A stretch of DNA of 64,000 nt. Origin: Heptranchias perlo. Its lineage: Eukaryota. Shown here piece after piece: positions 1 through 13,030 of this stretch. The notes beneath the pieces are model-generated. The model was not told the DNA's origin. It ran no database searches and saw only the letters and a list, made by a program, of their open reading frames with translations. Within the stretch, counting starts at the first letter, position 1. Each line of letters opens with the position of its first letter. The position numbers and the translations under genes were made by a program. The DNA lies in the NCBI RefSeq assembly GCF_035084215.1, contig NC_090348.1, positions 34,162,001-34,226,000 on the forward strand, given 5' to 3'.

Positions 1-505
1 TTGCTAAAGCCAGACAGTGGGAATTGCTCCTCTCCCTCACATTAGGACTAATGAATATCTTGGTCATTGCTGGCTGGATAACGTGAATGCAAATTTGTAC
101 AAAGGCACAAACATCAAAAAAATGTAGGAAAATTTATAATCAATCAGCAAGAGCAGCACCAATTAAAACCCATTTAGAACATAAGCTGGTTTCATTTTTA
201 AAGACTGATATACTTCAAAATAATAACATTCTTAAATCATGGCAAGTGACACTTGAGACCTGAAATAGTCATGGAGTTACCTACTTGACTGCCTATATAT
301 GTAGACTTTTAAAAAAACATCAGACAGGTGCAATTGCTTTGACTTACTGTAAATATCATTTCTAAAATAGTCAGTAAGACTGGGTTTAATCAACACTACC
401 TTTTTAAAACACTAAATGGTGTCAAACTGCAATTAGTGACCAAGAAGTTGTTTTTTTAAAAAAAAACAGAACCCAGAGTTCTTATAAAACAAGCACAATA
501 CTTAC

Positions 506-652
506 ACTGTGATTCACAAAGTGCGAAATATTTCCAAATCTTGCAGCATCCACAGTGTACTCGTCCTCCACATAATCTAGGTCAAACAGGTAGGTGATGC
601 CTTTACTGTCATAAAATCTCCCACGCCTTTCTGCTTCTTCACTAGTAATTAC
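506..652 (-). CDS. SUV39H2: SUV39H2 coding exon 4 (SET domain; gene continues past the left edge)
   Basis: 147 nt, AG/GT bounded, phase 0-0; [49 protein letters not shown], typical SUV39H SET sequence. Confidence 0.96.
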
Positions 653-1460
653 CTTCCAACAGAGAAAGTTTAAGTAGACATATGTAGTTTGGTGGAGCAG
701 CAGTGAATCAGGTCTGATCAAGGCTGAATTCATGGCATCATTCTTCACTTCAATAATCAACTTGAAATCAAGTCATCACTCATATTTAGGAAATAGTCAT
801 TACAGATCATCTACTTAAAATGTAATACAATCATATATCACTGGTATTTCAGTAAATTGTAAGTACATGTGTAAAATGATCTTACTCCATCCATCTGAAC
901 TGAAAAACACTAGCAGATTCTGCCCCTCCAAACATGGGCAGTGTCTGGCGAGTGCATTTTGAGCTGTACAACACAAGGTTGACATACTAGTCTGACAGAT
1001 GCTGCTGGGTAGGGGAAAGCAACTCGAGGTGAGCACAAAAGAATCACAAAACATTAAAGCAGATTAGCTTAGACAAGATCTTGCCTAAATATGCCTAGTA
1101 ACAATGCTGTACATTAGCTGCCTTTGACAATGCAACAAGATGCCAATATAAATAAACAGAAATCTCATTAACTTGGAAACAAATATTTAAGAATTAAAAA
1201 TTAGCCAGCACTGCAAGTAGCTTTTTATTAGTAACAGGCAATGCAAAGTTGGGGGTTGTTCATTGCCCTCTCTCCTCCCCACCGAAACAAATTTTTGCAG
1301 ATTTTGGCTAACCCAAAAGTTCCAAATCTAATAAACCAAAATTAGATTTGCAATTTATATTCTACATCCAATTGTGGAAACACGGGTCAAAAGTTATGCT
1401 TCCAGGTTTACCAGGCCAAGATGAACGTGCACTGAAAGCTACTGCTATTCCTAGCTTAAC

Positions 1461-1893
1461 GGTCAGCTTGGCTCAGTTGCTTCCACTCTCAAGTCAGAAG
1501 GTTGTGGGTTCAAGTCCTGCTACAGACTTGAGCATGTAATCTAGGGTAATACTCCAGTGTACTATTGATAAATGCTGCATCATCGGAGGTGCTGTTTTTC
1601 ACGAGACGTTAAACCAAGATTCAGTGTGCCAGCTCAAGTGGATAAGAAAAATCCTGTGGCACTATTTGAGGAAGAACAGGGAGTTCTCCCAGTGTCCTGG
1701 CCAACATTCTTCCTTCAACAAATACCAACAACAGATTAGCTGGTCATTTCCTCCATATGCAGTTTGTGGGACCTTGCTATGCTTGCTTACATTAACAAAA
1801 GTGACTGCACTTTCAAATAAATCTGTTGTAAAGAGCATTGGGATGTCCCGAGGACAGGAAAGGTGCTATATAAATGCAAGTGCTCTCTTCTTT
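1461..1893 (+). mobile_element. tRNA-derived SINE (SacSINE1/Deu-domain-like)
   Basis: Head with TGGCTCAGT A-box and GGTTCAAGTCC B-box; tail ...ataaatgcaag; homologous to the copies at 21.8, 29.3 and 62.7 kb. Confidence 0.75.
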
Positions 1894-2169
1894 TGAAAGT
1901 CGCTGGCCAAAACGAACAGGGAAATGCACCGATTTTGTTACGAATACCTGTATTGATTTCCACTCCTTAGTATAACTCAAGATTGATTTTGTGCCATTCC
2001 TTTCACCATTTCTATTCCTCATTTGTTCTTGTATTAGATTTTTTTTAAATTTCCTGCTCATTAGAAAAGCTTTCAAGTGACTGTAGTACCCAATTCACAC
2101 ACTTGATGGCATTGTGTAGAAATATACCAAGGGCTCATTTTGAATCATATTTTCTAGTTCAGAATTAGG

Positions 2170-2650
2170 GATGAGGGAGGCCATTTGGCCCACCTTACTT
2201 TATCCACCCAGAGAGATCTAAACAACCCCCTATTGTAGCATAGAGTTGTTTCCTAAATAATTCCAGAATTTTTGCCTCTATTACTCTATCTGAAAGTTTG
2301 CTCCACACATTGATAACTGTGTGTTAATACGGATTTCCTGGTATCAGTCCTAAAATTACCTTTTACTAGTTTAAGCCAGTGTCCCCTAGTTCTACTCCCT
2401 CAGTTTAATTTAAAGTGATATTTTGGGTTAACGATATTATATAATTCTATAAAAATTACCTCTCAAACTTCTCCTCTGCTGAAAAGCTCAAGTTTCTCCA
2501 GTCTTTCCTCATGACTCAGACCCCAGATACTGGAAACATACTTGTGGCTCTTGTCTGCACTGCCTCCAGCACTTGAATAGCTCTCATTTCTTGGGGACTA
2601 AAACTGGATGCAGCATTCAAATGCAGTCAGACCAGAGCATTATAACCTTT
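2170..2650 (-). mobile_element. Decayed CR1-like LINE 3' fragment
   Basis: Degenerate matches to the CR1 3' region seen in better copies (tgtcccctagttcta, actgcctccag, aactgga). Confidence 0.55.
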
Positions 2651-3589
2651 GGTTATTGATTCCCATTGACAAGCTTGAGAGGGACAGATTGAGGCGGTGG
2701 GGGTGGGCGCATAACACACTTGGACACCTGGGAAGTGTTTTTCTCTCTCTCTCGCTCGCTCTTCCCTCTCCCCATTCAAAAGCGGTTACTATCTTTAGGG
2801 GAATTAAAAATTATAAATTCAAGGAAGGAGTAAGACATGGAAATTCAGTGCATTAAAAATAGCAAGATCTGTTTTTTTTTAAAAAGCAACAAGCTTGGCC
2901 TTATTCACTGGTTATACAGCTGTCTGATTTCATAAAATTAACTAAGCATTAAAATTATGTAACCCAGAAAAGACCAGTCTTAGTCCATTTTAAAAATATC
3001 TCCCTCATGATAATCAGTGATTCATAAACGAGGCCAACTAGAGAGCACCAGTTTTTAATTTGATAAGAGCTAGTGCCAGTTGGTCATAGCAAAGAGATGA
3101 ACAGCACAAAGGTGGTGGTCAGGGGACAACAATACAAAGCAGGACAACCAAGCAGACAGCCATCAACAACTGGCATTCATGCTGGCAGTCACATGTGCGA
3201 CCTTAAAGTGTAGGGGGGGGGGGGGGACTAGAAAAACAAACAATACAATTTCTTCATGAAGCTGAAAGAGCTACTCCCAACATAAATCTCATGGGACTCA
3301 AAAATCTAGTTTCAGGAAGTTACACAGGTTGCAAAATCTTTCAGTCTGCATAGGAAAAGTCAGCAAAAACAGAATATTTAAAAATAAAAAATGAAAAGCC
3401 TTCAATATACTTCATATCACACCAGTGGCATTCAAAAAACAAGAATTAATTACAATATTTACCATTCCACTGCTGGCCCAAAAAATGAAGCCAGGAAGTT
3501 TTAAGAATATTGGGCTTTTAAAAAAAATTTGGATCATGTTTTGAGTCACTGAACACAGCCATCAGTCCACTTCTTTCTACGTGCTGCCC

Positions 3590-4090
3590 ATCAGTAATAT
3601 TGTCCACAGGCACGGGTGCAGTACGTATGCTGGTAATACCTAGCTCTACTCTCCACTTCCCTCAACCACGTCCAAAAAAAGTAATGAGTCAAAATTTCTT
3701 CCAACAAACAATGGGAAGGCCAAGATACACTTTTCATCCCTATATAAACTTTGCTCCCCTGTCATTGACTCCACCTCCCTCCCTGGCCACTGGCTCAGGT
3801 TGAACCTTAGAATCCTGTTTGACCCAGAGCTGAGTTTCAAACATCATAGCTATTCACGACCAAGATCTCTTACTTCCACTTCCGGCACTCCGACCACCTT
3901 CACTCCGACTTTAGCCTCACCATCAACAAAATCTTTATTCATGCTTTTATCACCGCTAGACTCATTTTTTCCAATCTTCTCCTTGCTGGCCTCACATCCT
4001 TCACCCTCCATAAACTCCAACTTGTCCAAAATTCAGTCACCTAGATCCTGTCTTGCACTCAGTCCCACTCACCCACCACTCCTGTCACAC
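3590..4090 (+). mobile_element. Decayed L2-like LINE fragment
   Basis: Similar to 28085-28400 (gagctgagtttc..., cttccactt, ttcaccctccataaactc). Confidence 0.6.
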
Positions 4091-4489
4091 CATTATTCTC
4101 TTATAGTGGGCTGTTCAAGTTGTAGGAGTCAATTTAGTTCCATAAGGATAGAATTGGCTTGCAGGCCCACACCTTCCCAATGAGCACGTCCAGTGAGCAT
4201 TGCTCCTCACCAAGAGAGCACCCAATTGGGCAGTGAGCTGGAGTAACATGCATCTCCTGGGAACTCTGCATCCCTCTGACCTTAATTTCAGAATTTGGTT
4301 ATATCCCCAATTTTCTTTTTGGCAAAGGATATTAGGGATGTAGAGTGGGTCTGTAGGTATCCAGAGGGAAGAGACAGGGGAGGGTTGGGAAAGCAGGTTG
4401 CCACTTGGGGTATGGTCAATTCCTCAGGGCACCAGTGTAGCTGGGGAAAGGAGGGGGAGGGGGTTCTGCACCCAGGATGTTGCCTTGTT

Positions 4490-4493
<4 letters not shown>

Positions 4494-4520
<27 letters not shown>
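4494..4520 (+). repeat. (CA)n microsatellite
   Basis: Direct observation. Confidence 0.9.
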
Positions 4521-4900
4521 TTTTTGGGGCTGGTGCACATTTCCATTGTTTGTTTTACAACTCATGCCTTTGTTGTGCTTTTCACTATCTTAACTCTTTT
4601 GTTCTAATATCTTCTCATTGCCTCACCAAGATCATCTTTTATATAATTTAGCATGTTCCTCCTTCCCTACTGAGCAGTTTTCAACCCATTAATTTTGTGA
4701 TTGGAGTATCTGCTGTCTCGTTTCCTTCCCCCACCCAAAAAGTTATTTTGCTCATCTCCCAGTTCTGAAGAAGGATACAGTCAAATGCGGTTCAACTTCC
4801 AAGTTGTTTTTTTTCCTCAGAAAAAAAAATTAACCAGTAATTTGAACCAAGCAACTAGGAATTAATGATGTTCAAACTGCCGATATGGTCTAAGCAACAA

Positions 4901-6640
4901 GACCATAAGAGATAGGAGCAGGAGTAGGCCTTTTGGCCCTTCGAGCCTGCTCTGCCATTTAATGAGATCATGGCTGATCTGATTTTTACCTCAACTCCAC
5001 TTTCCTTCCTTTTCCCCATATCCTTTGACTCCTTTGCTGATCAAAGATGTGTCTAACTCAGCCTTGAATGTATTCATTGACTCCACAGCTTTTTGGGGTA
5101 AAGAATTCTAAAGATTCATGACCGTCTGGGAGAAGAAAGTCCTCCTCATTTCCATCTTAAACAGGCAACTCCTTATTCTGAGACTATGCCCCCTAGTTTT
5201 ACATTTCCCCCATTCCTCAGCAACTACCCTATCGAGTCCTCTCAATCTTATATGTCTCAATAAGATCTCCTCTCATTCTTCTAAACTCCAATGAGTATAG
5301 ACCCAACCTGTTCAATCTTTCCTCATAAGACAACCCTTCCCTACCTGGAATCAACCCAGTAAACCTTCTCTGAACTGCCTCCAATGCAAGTATATCCTTC
5401 CTTAAATAAGAGCACCAAAACTGTATGCAGTCCTCCAGGTATGGTCTCACCAGCACCTTGTACAATAGTAGCAAGGCTTCCCTGCTTTTGTATGCTCTGT
5501 ACCGCAGCATTTAGTAGTATTTCTCCATTCAAATAATATTATGCTTTTTTATTTTTCCTCCCAAAGTGGATGACTTCACATTTTCCCACATTATATTCCA
5601 TCTGCCAAATTTTTGCCTATTAATATCCGTTTGCAGACAATTTGTGTCCTCCTCACAACTTACTTTTCCACCCATCTTTGTATCATCAGCAAATTTGGCC
5701 ACAATACACTCTGTTCCTTCATCCAAGTCACTGATATATATTGTAAATAGTTGAGGCCCCAGCACTGATCCCTGCAGCACCCCACTAGTTACAGATTGCC
5801 ATTTTGAAAATAACCCTTTTATCCAGACTCTGTTTTCTGTTAGCCAATCCTCAATCCATGACAGTATATTACCCCCAACACCATGAGCTCTTATCTTGAG
5901 CAGTAATTTTTTATGTGGCACCTTATCGAATGCCTTTTGGAAATCCAAATATACTGCATCCATTGGTTCCCCTTTCTCCACCCTGCCCGTTACTTCCTCA
6001 AAGAATTCAATAAATGTCAGACACGATTTCCCCTTCATAAAACCATGTTGACTCTCCTTGATTGTATTATGAGTCTCCAAATGTCCTGCTACTACTTCCT
6101 TAATAACGGATTCTAGCATTTTCCCCAATGACAGATGTTAGGCTAACTGGTCTATAGTTACCTGCTTTCTGTCTCACTCCCTTCTTGAATAGGTGTGTTG
6201 CGTTTGCGGTTTTCCAATCCGCTAGGACCTTGCCAGAATCTAGTGAATTCTGGAAGATTACAACCAATGCATCCACTATCTCTGTAGCCACTTCCTTGAA
6301 GACCCTTGGATGCAAGCCATCAGGTCCAGAGGACTTGTCAGCCTTTAGACCCATTAGTTTATCTAGTACTTTTTCCTCTAGTGATAGTGATTGCTTTTAG
6401 TTCCTCCCTCCCTTTTGCCCCTTGGTTTTCTACTATTATTGGTATATTATTAGTGTCTTCTATTGTGAAGACAGTTACAAAATATCTGTTCAATTCCTCG
6501 TTTTCCATTATTATTTCCTCAGTCTCATCCTCTAAGGGACCAATGTTTACTTTAGCTGCCCTCTTCCTTTTTATATACTTGAAGCTTTTACTGTCAGTTT
6601 TTATATTTCTTGCTAGTTTACTCAATTTATTTTCTCCCTC
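4901..6640 (-). mobile_element. 5'-truncated CR1-clade LINE with frameshifted reverse transcriptase
   Basis: ORF fragments GPDGLHP, NYRPVSLTS, QHGFMKGKSCLT, YLDFQKAFDKVPH, QGSVLGP, FADDTK, RRMRGDLIETYKI. Confidence 0.92.
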
Positions 6641-7433
6641 TATTAGTCTCAGACTACTGGACTAAAAATAAATGAAAAGACAACTTATATTCTGAGCAGC
6701 TGATTAACCACCTGTTTTAATACTGCTCAGCTGCTCCAAGAACAATAGGAATTCCAGTAAAAAACTGATTGGCACAAGTGGAAAGGCTAGTTCATGCAAA
6801 TTGGTGCTGCCAAGTTCAATTTAAGCATTTTATTCACATGATCATTATATAGCAGCAATCTCTAAAAGCAGATTCCACTGCATTAGTGTGCTAGCATTTT
6901 GCACCATAGAGTGAGTTTTTAATTCCCAAAATAGCAAGCCAAAATCTTGGCCAGGCAAACATAGGTAAGGTACTTCCTAACAAAAAAATGTTTTGATGGT
7001 TGGGGTTGGCAGGGGGGAGAAAGAGAAAGGAGGAGGAAAAAAAGCGAGTCAATCTGATCGTATGGACTTTAGCCATTATAGGGAAAGAGGAAGGTGTTCA
7101 AAAGATAGCAATGATGCTATTGGGGCAGAAAACCAGGAGGTGACCATCAGCTACATTTGAAGAGGATAGCTGTAAGGAAGTGAGAGAGAAGGAAAACTGG
7201 CCTCAGAAAAGGTCACTTAACCACCATCGAATGGCTAATGGCATGCATATAGATTGTATCTATACACAAGGCCTTTCCAAGTAGATGCAAGAGGCTACAA
7301 CAGAGTCCAATAAGCTGCTGTCAGCACATTTTTCCGGTAACAGACCATCTTGCTTGACCAGAGAGTCTGTGATTTAATGTTAGTGCAGCATGATATTCAT
7401 GGCAATACCTACCACAAAATAAACACAACCTAC

Positions 7434-8102
7434 CTCTCCGACATATTCCATAACAAAACTATTCTTCTTGATTTTTTGGAGGGTTTTGATCCCCCACCCT
7501 CTTCCATTTGAAGTTCTAAAGATGCAGAGGTCATAAAGTGTACCTTTCTGTACCACTCTGTTTGGACACTGAAAACTGCAACTGCAGCAAGAATTACATT
7601 CAAAAATGGGTTTGCCTGGTGCAATCTTAAGTTGCCGTTGCTCATTGTAAGCAAATTGTGCCCCTGCTTCTTCCGGACAACATTTCTCCTCCAAACAGTT
7701 TAAACACTCACAGCCAACCAAAGGGTCCCTATTCAAATTTATTCCATGAGAAGGTTTGTATTGATTAATGTAATGGAAGTCCAATGGAGGAGGTTCAAAG
7801 TCTACTTCATTTTCCACCAGAATTTTACCTCGATGGTTCTTCTTCCGGTTAAGTTCTTCTTCCCATCTTTTGAGTGCTACTCTTTGTTTTGATTTCTTTA
7901 CAACATAGTCTGCAACTGCAGATTTGTAATCTTTATAGTTGTTCAATTTTAGCCTTTTTGCTGCTTTTACTTTTTCCAAGAATTTGCTTTGATCATCTTG
8001 AAACTGTTTTACAAGTCCGATACATCGGAGATTCCTCCTAGGCTCCCATGTGTTTGTAGATTCTGGCCATCCCTTCCACTTCACCAGATAGTACTCTTTA
8101 CC
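7434..8102 (-). CDS. SUV39H2: SUV39H2 coding exon 3 (chromodomain C-half, pre-SET, start of SET)
   Basis: 669 nt, phase 0-0; [21 protein letters not shown]...GCECLNC...CPNRVVQKG...GRGWGIKT...FVMEYVGE; acceptor tttttaag, donor GTAGG. Confidence 0.97.
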
Positions 8103-10044
8103 CTTAAAAAAGAGGGATAAAAGTTTAACATTTTAAAATTTAATTATCATTTTATTATAATTTATTTTTTTATCTTCACAAGACCCATGATTAAAAGATT
8201 AGTAAGAACACTTGAACAGTTTCAAACTTTGCCCCATTCCCTCCAAAGTGCATCCAGACAATATGGTTCAGTTCATCTGCTCACTTGTACCATCAAGCTA
8301 GTGTTGCTTTAAGAGCAAGAATAGATATTCTTGTAACTATTTTTGCGGTTTTAGTTTACCTTTGGAGAAAGTAAAAATAGTAGACATTACCGTTACAGCA
8401 TTACTCATTGATTTCAATATGGGAAGTACTATAACCATAAAATAAATAAAGATTTTAATAGATTAGAAATAGTAGTAAAGCTACTCCTAGCAACTTAGTG
8501 AAATCACTAATATTAGGTGCATCTTCAACCAGTGTGCAAACTAAAAATTAAGTGGTTGGCCCAAGGAATATAGAATTGTCTGGAACCCAAACAACATACA
8601 TTCAACCCAATTACAAACTTGAGACCGCAAAATAGTTATCAACATGGATCTTAGCACTCAGCTCCTAACTGTACTAGAGTAAGGATAATTCACTAAAATT
8701 TACATAATCAACCTCATACAAGCATAACCCACCCATTGCAAGATATTGTATAGCCATTATGCTGAACTCATCATTAGATTCAAACATTCACAGAACACTC
8801 TACTATTGTTCTGACAGCTTATGCCATCCAGACCAGGACAATATTAAAACTTTGCAATACTCCAATCCCTGTGCTATACATGGCACATATAGGTCAATTA
8901 TAACTCAAAAACTGTTCAAGAAATGTGACTTATCCAATTGTACAACTATACTGGAAAACCTCAACTAAATCTAGAGCTTCTGGTTGTAAGGCCAGAAACT
9001 GTTAACTAACATTCAGATCTATCAAGATGAATATCAATATAGGTTATAAAAGCACTTCTCAAAAATGCTAGCTTTGTAAAGATAGTACTGGAAACCAACA
9101 GCAATAGGCCAGGAACTATGTGCCTCCCAAGATAAAGGCTGTGCTGACTCCAGAATGCATAGGTCTGGAAAAAGAGCTGGTGTCCCACCTTCTTAAGTAT
9201 TGAATGGTGCAGGAACACAGCACTAAATATTGAATCACTTTTGTTTCTGAAGATCACAACCTATTTTCCACCTCAAGTCAAACCTGCATATCTTTTAAGA
9301 AAAAAGGTTTGAAGAAACAGATGTTAGATTTCAGGCAATGAACAGAGAACGCTCTTTATTAGGATTTTAGTTTAAAAGGAGAGACAACTAGAGGCAGCAG
9401 CTAAAATTATTCTACAGTAACCTGATATAGCCTATTTAAAGATGGGAAAAAGCAAGTGACAAGCAATTTTGACAACAGCTTTACAAGTCACAAATGGACC
9501 TACTTACTGAGTGCTCTTATTCTGGGAGGTGTGAAAAAACCCTTTAGGATCTGTAGTGAAATTGAAGCTACAAAAGCAGCAACCAATATCCTCAGCTGCT
9601 GCTACAGATTCCCCCGCTATATTGGTCAGCAAGTGCATGGTTGGAGGTAACATTGTAGGCTGAACAACCAGCAGCACCCAGACACTTTCTTTGGGTGCCT
9701 CCAACAAAAGGCAAATCCCTGCCATTGACGGTATTTGTCACGTTCACCTATTTGCCTTTGATGTCCCACATGGACCTATCCCCAATATCGAGGAGGTTCG
9801 CAGCCAAAAAGTTGTGTGCAGTTATGCTTTTGTTGCTGAATCCTTTTGGCCCACTGTACTAATGGGGTGAATTCTAGCACAAATGAAACTAACAGATTTA
9901 TCCAACACACGTGCTCAAGTATTAACACTCAGAAAACACGAGTCACGGGTCCCTAATTATAGCTATACCAAACAACTCGGCACAATTATTTCTGTTCATC
10001 ACTAGGGTTACTGGTTCAAAAAAAAGTTTCTAAACCATTCTTGG

Positions 10045-10665
10045 GCAAGTTGATGAGGCGGTTAAGAAAATGTATGGGATACTTATTTTTGTGTTCAATA
10101 TCCCTATTTACAAAGCCAAGGAAGTCATCCTAAACATTTACAATCACTGGTTAGGCCTCAGCTGCAGTATTGTGTACAACTCTAGGTACCACATTTTAGG
10201 AAGGATGTCAAGGCCTCGAAGGTTTATCAGGATGCTACCAGGGATATGGAGAGATTGGAAAAGCTGGGATTGTTCTCCTTAGAGCAGAGAAGGTAAAGGG
10301 ATGACCTAATAGAGGTATTCAAAATAATGAGGGGTTTTAATGGAGCAAATAGGGAGAAACTGTTTCCTCTAGCAAGTGAGTCGGTAACCAGAGGTCATAG
10401 ATTTAAAATAATTGGCAAAAGAACTAGAGGGGAAATGAGGAGACTTTTTTTCAAGATCTAGAACACTACCTGAAAGGGTGGTGGAAGCAGGTTCCACAGG
10501 AACTTTCAAAAGGCAACTGGACATGTACTTGAAGAGGACTAATTTGCAGGATTATGGGAGAAAAAGCTGGGGTGTGGGACTAAATTGGACAGCTCTTTCA
10601 AAGAGCCGGCACAGGCACGATGGGCCAAATGGCCTCCTTCTAAGCTGTATCATTCATGATTCTAT
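10045..10665 (+). mobile_element. CR1 LINE 3' fragment
   Basis: ttctccttagagcagagaagg, ccagaggtcatagatttaaa, gggccaaatggcctcctt tail. Confidence 0.8.
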
Positions 10666-11202
10666 GAAAAACAAGGGAAAGAAAAGCAGCAAGATAATCA
10701 AAGCTGGGGCTTACAGCAGAATATAGATAAACTAAGGATAAGAAAGCAAATAGATTAATAAACATGCAGTACCTTGCTTACGTGAACTAGGGAATCAGCA
10801 AGCATTTGGACAAATTATTGGAGATGGACACCACCCACAGGTTAATGTGGACTGAACATTATACTGAAAGGTAAATGGAATAAAATCTTAGAACTCTTAA
10901 AAAAAAATTACTGTACCTATTTTCTCAGACATTCACTTCATGTTGTTGTTCTTCTTCTTCAGCCTTTATGAATTAAACCTAGGCCTAAACTTCAATCCAC
11001 ATTATCCCATGGTGATGGTGTTAGGAATATATTTTTCAATGAGTAAGGAATAAATCAGAAGATGCACTAAGTTACAAATCCCAGGACGAAATGTCAGCTT
11101 CAGTTACAACTAGTAATGAACAAGTTCATTGAGCCATTTTGAGGGGTGGGAAACAGAACAGAAGTTTTGACTTAAGAGGAAACACAAGTGTATTGAGCCT
11201 AC

Positions 11203-11348
11203 CTTTTCTTTCTTGTATCCACATAGATATTCCACTTCATATTCTTCCAGATCCTTTTTGCTGATTCCAAGGGAAGGACAGGTAAGTTTTTCTCCCCGGC
11301 ACAATTCCTGGAGAATTTCAAGTGATGCTAAACACGGAACACACCATG
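11203..11348 (-). CDS. SUV39H2: SUV39H2 coding exon 2
   Basis: 146 nt; (T)WCVPCLASLEILQELCRGEKLTCPSLGISKKDLEEYEVEYLCGYKKEK; the WCVPCL start is SUV39H2-type rather than SUV39H1-type. Confidence 0.95.
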
Positions 11349-12348
11349 CTGAGACAATAAAACAAAAAGAGGACAAAAAGTTAGTTTGGGGGGGGGCGGG
11401 GTGCGTGGCGTGGGAGAGCAGGCCAGGAAAGAGAAAGAAATTGAAGATACAGCAATGATGTAATTACAGGCACTTATAAAATTGTTCAAGAGTTAGTACA
11501 TCTATAATCTACACCCTGATGATGGATAACACTTTGGAACCAATACATGTCTGATGTTGTGTAGTTCAAAATACTCTCGAGACACACAATCTAATCCAAG
11601 TTTGGAAGACAAATCTATAATCTGAATGTACTGCTGGGACCTTTTCAGTGTAAACAATTTCATGCATTCGCTTACACTTTCCTGAGAAGCTGAAGCACCA
11701 ATGCTTCATCTCCACTGCATATGACTGAGAATTTTACCAACTCATCATTGCACCTTCCAGGAAACTGAACTGATCATTTAATAGTGAGCACTATCATCTT
11801 GACAGTTGAACTGCTCTTTCAGAAAAGTATTACTGTACCAACCACAAAAACCACAGAAGCTTTGATAAAATGGCCCCTCCCTGTCTTTTTTCAAATGCAA
11901 ACCATCAATTACAGCACCCTCAAGTTTAAATTTGTTACCTCAATTTAGAAAATTCAAGTATTTTGCCTAGCTAATCAAATTCAAATACATTCCTTTTCTT
12001 TACAATCCAGCATGGTATTTAAGCTACATATTTCTACCACTACTTTCAGCTAGTTGTGATAGATTAGCACTGGCTTCCATTTGTGTGGCCACCACCCAAA
12101 TAGATCGTTAACATAATGCAATATGGTGCAAGCATGGCTCAACTACCCAAATTTGTAAATTGGTTAAAAACTGCACAATTGATCAGGGGTAGGGAGTGAC
12201 TAAAGTATACATTTCAGACACATTTTAAAATCCATGCACATTAATTTTGAGGGGAGAGGAGGAGGGTAAAAAAAGAGAACAATCATTGTAATTTATAAAA
12301 AAGTTTTGAATTTAGTGTTTAGGTAGGCTTTATGGATAAAGCATTCGA

Positions 12349-13030
12349 CAACTTGCATTTTTATAGCTCCTTTAACGTAGATAAATGTCCCACTGTGTTT
12401 CGCAATTAAACAAAAATTGACGCCAAGCTAAGGAAGGAGATATTAGGAAGGGTGACCAAAAAGCTTGGTCAAAGAGGTGGGTTTCAAGGAGGGTCTTAAA
12501 AGGAGAGGGAGGTAGAGGTTTAGGGAGGGAATACCAGAGCGTAGAGCCTAGACGGCTGAAGGCACAGCCGCCAATGGTGGGGCAAAGCGATTTTGGGATG
12601 CACAAGAGGCCAGAGTCGGAGGAACGCAGAGTTGTTGGAGGATAGCAGGGCTGGAGAAGGTTACAGAGATAAGGAGAGACAAGGCCAAGGGATTTATAGG
12701 TGAAGTGTTAGGAGCCAATGCAGGTCTGCAAACACAGGGTGTAATGGGTGTGCAGGACAGGCTACAGACAGCAGTTTTGGATGGAATCAGCAGCGAGGCT
12801 ATAGAGTTTGAGGGGGCCAAAGACAATGGCTTTGGTCTTCCCAATGTTTGGCTGGAGGAAATCGCAGTTCATCTAAGACTATATGTAAGTAAGCAGTCTA
12901 ACAGCACAGAGGCAGTGGAGCTGTCAAGAGATGGTGGAGACGTAGAGTTGGGCATCGCCAGCATACATGTGGAACCTGAACCTGTGTCTTCAAATGAAGA
13001 TGCCAAGGGGCAGCATGTAGATAACAGGAG
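12349..13030 (-). mobile_element. L2-clade LINE 3' fragment
   Basis: PTIGGCAFSRLGSTLWYSLP...FKTLLETHLF C-terminus; reverse complement of the 28.1-28.8 kb copy. Confidence 0.8.

Noticed and set aside
647-660. SUV39H2 exon 4 acceptor AAG|GTAATT resembling a recursive splice site
   Set aside because: Explained by the conserved Val-Ile codons; the intron is only about 6.8 kb
1461-1530. tRNA gene
   Set aside because: A/B boxes continue into a SINE body repeated elsewhere in the window; no full cloverleaf
5229-6625. Reverse-transcriptase ORFs as an active or novel RT system
   Set aside because: Frameshifted, 5'-truncated CR1 with no endonuclease or ORF1
9390-9880. Possible MITE in SUV39H2 intron 2
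   Set aside because: Only weak terminal complementarity, no TSD and no second copy recognised
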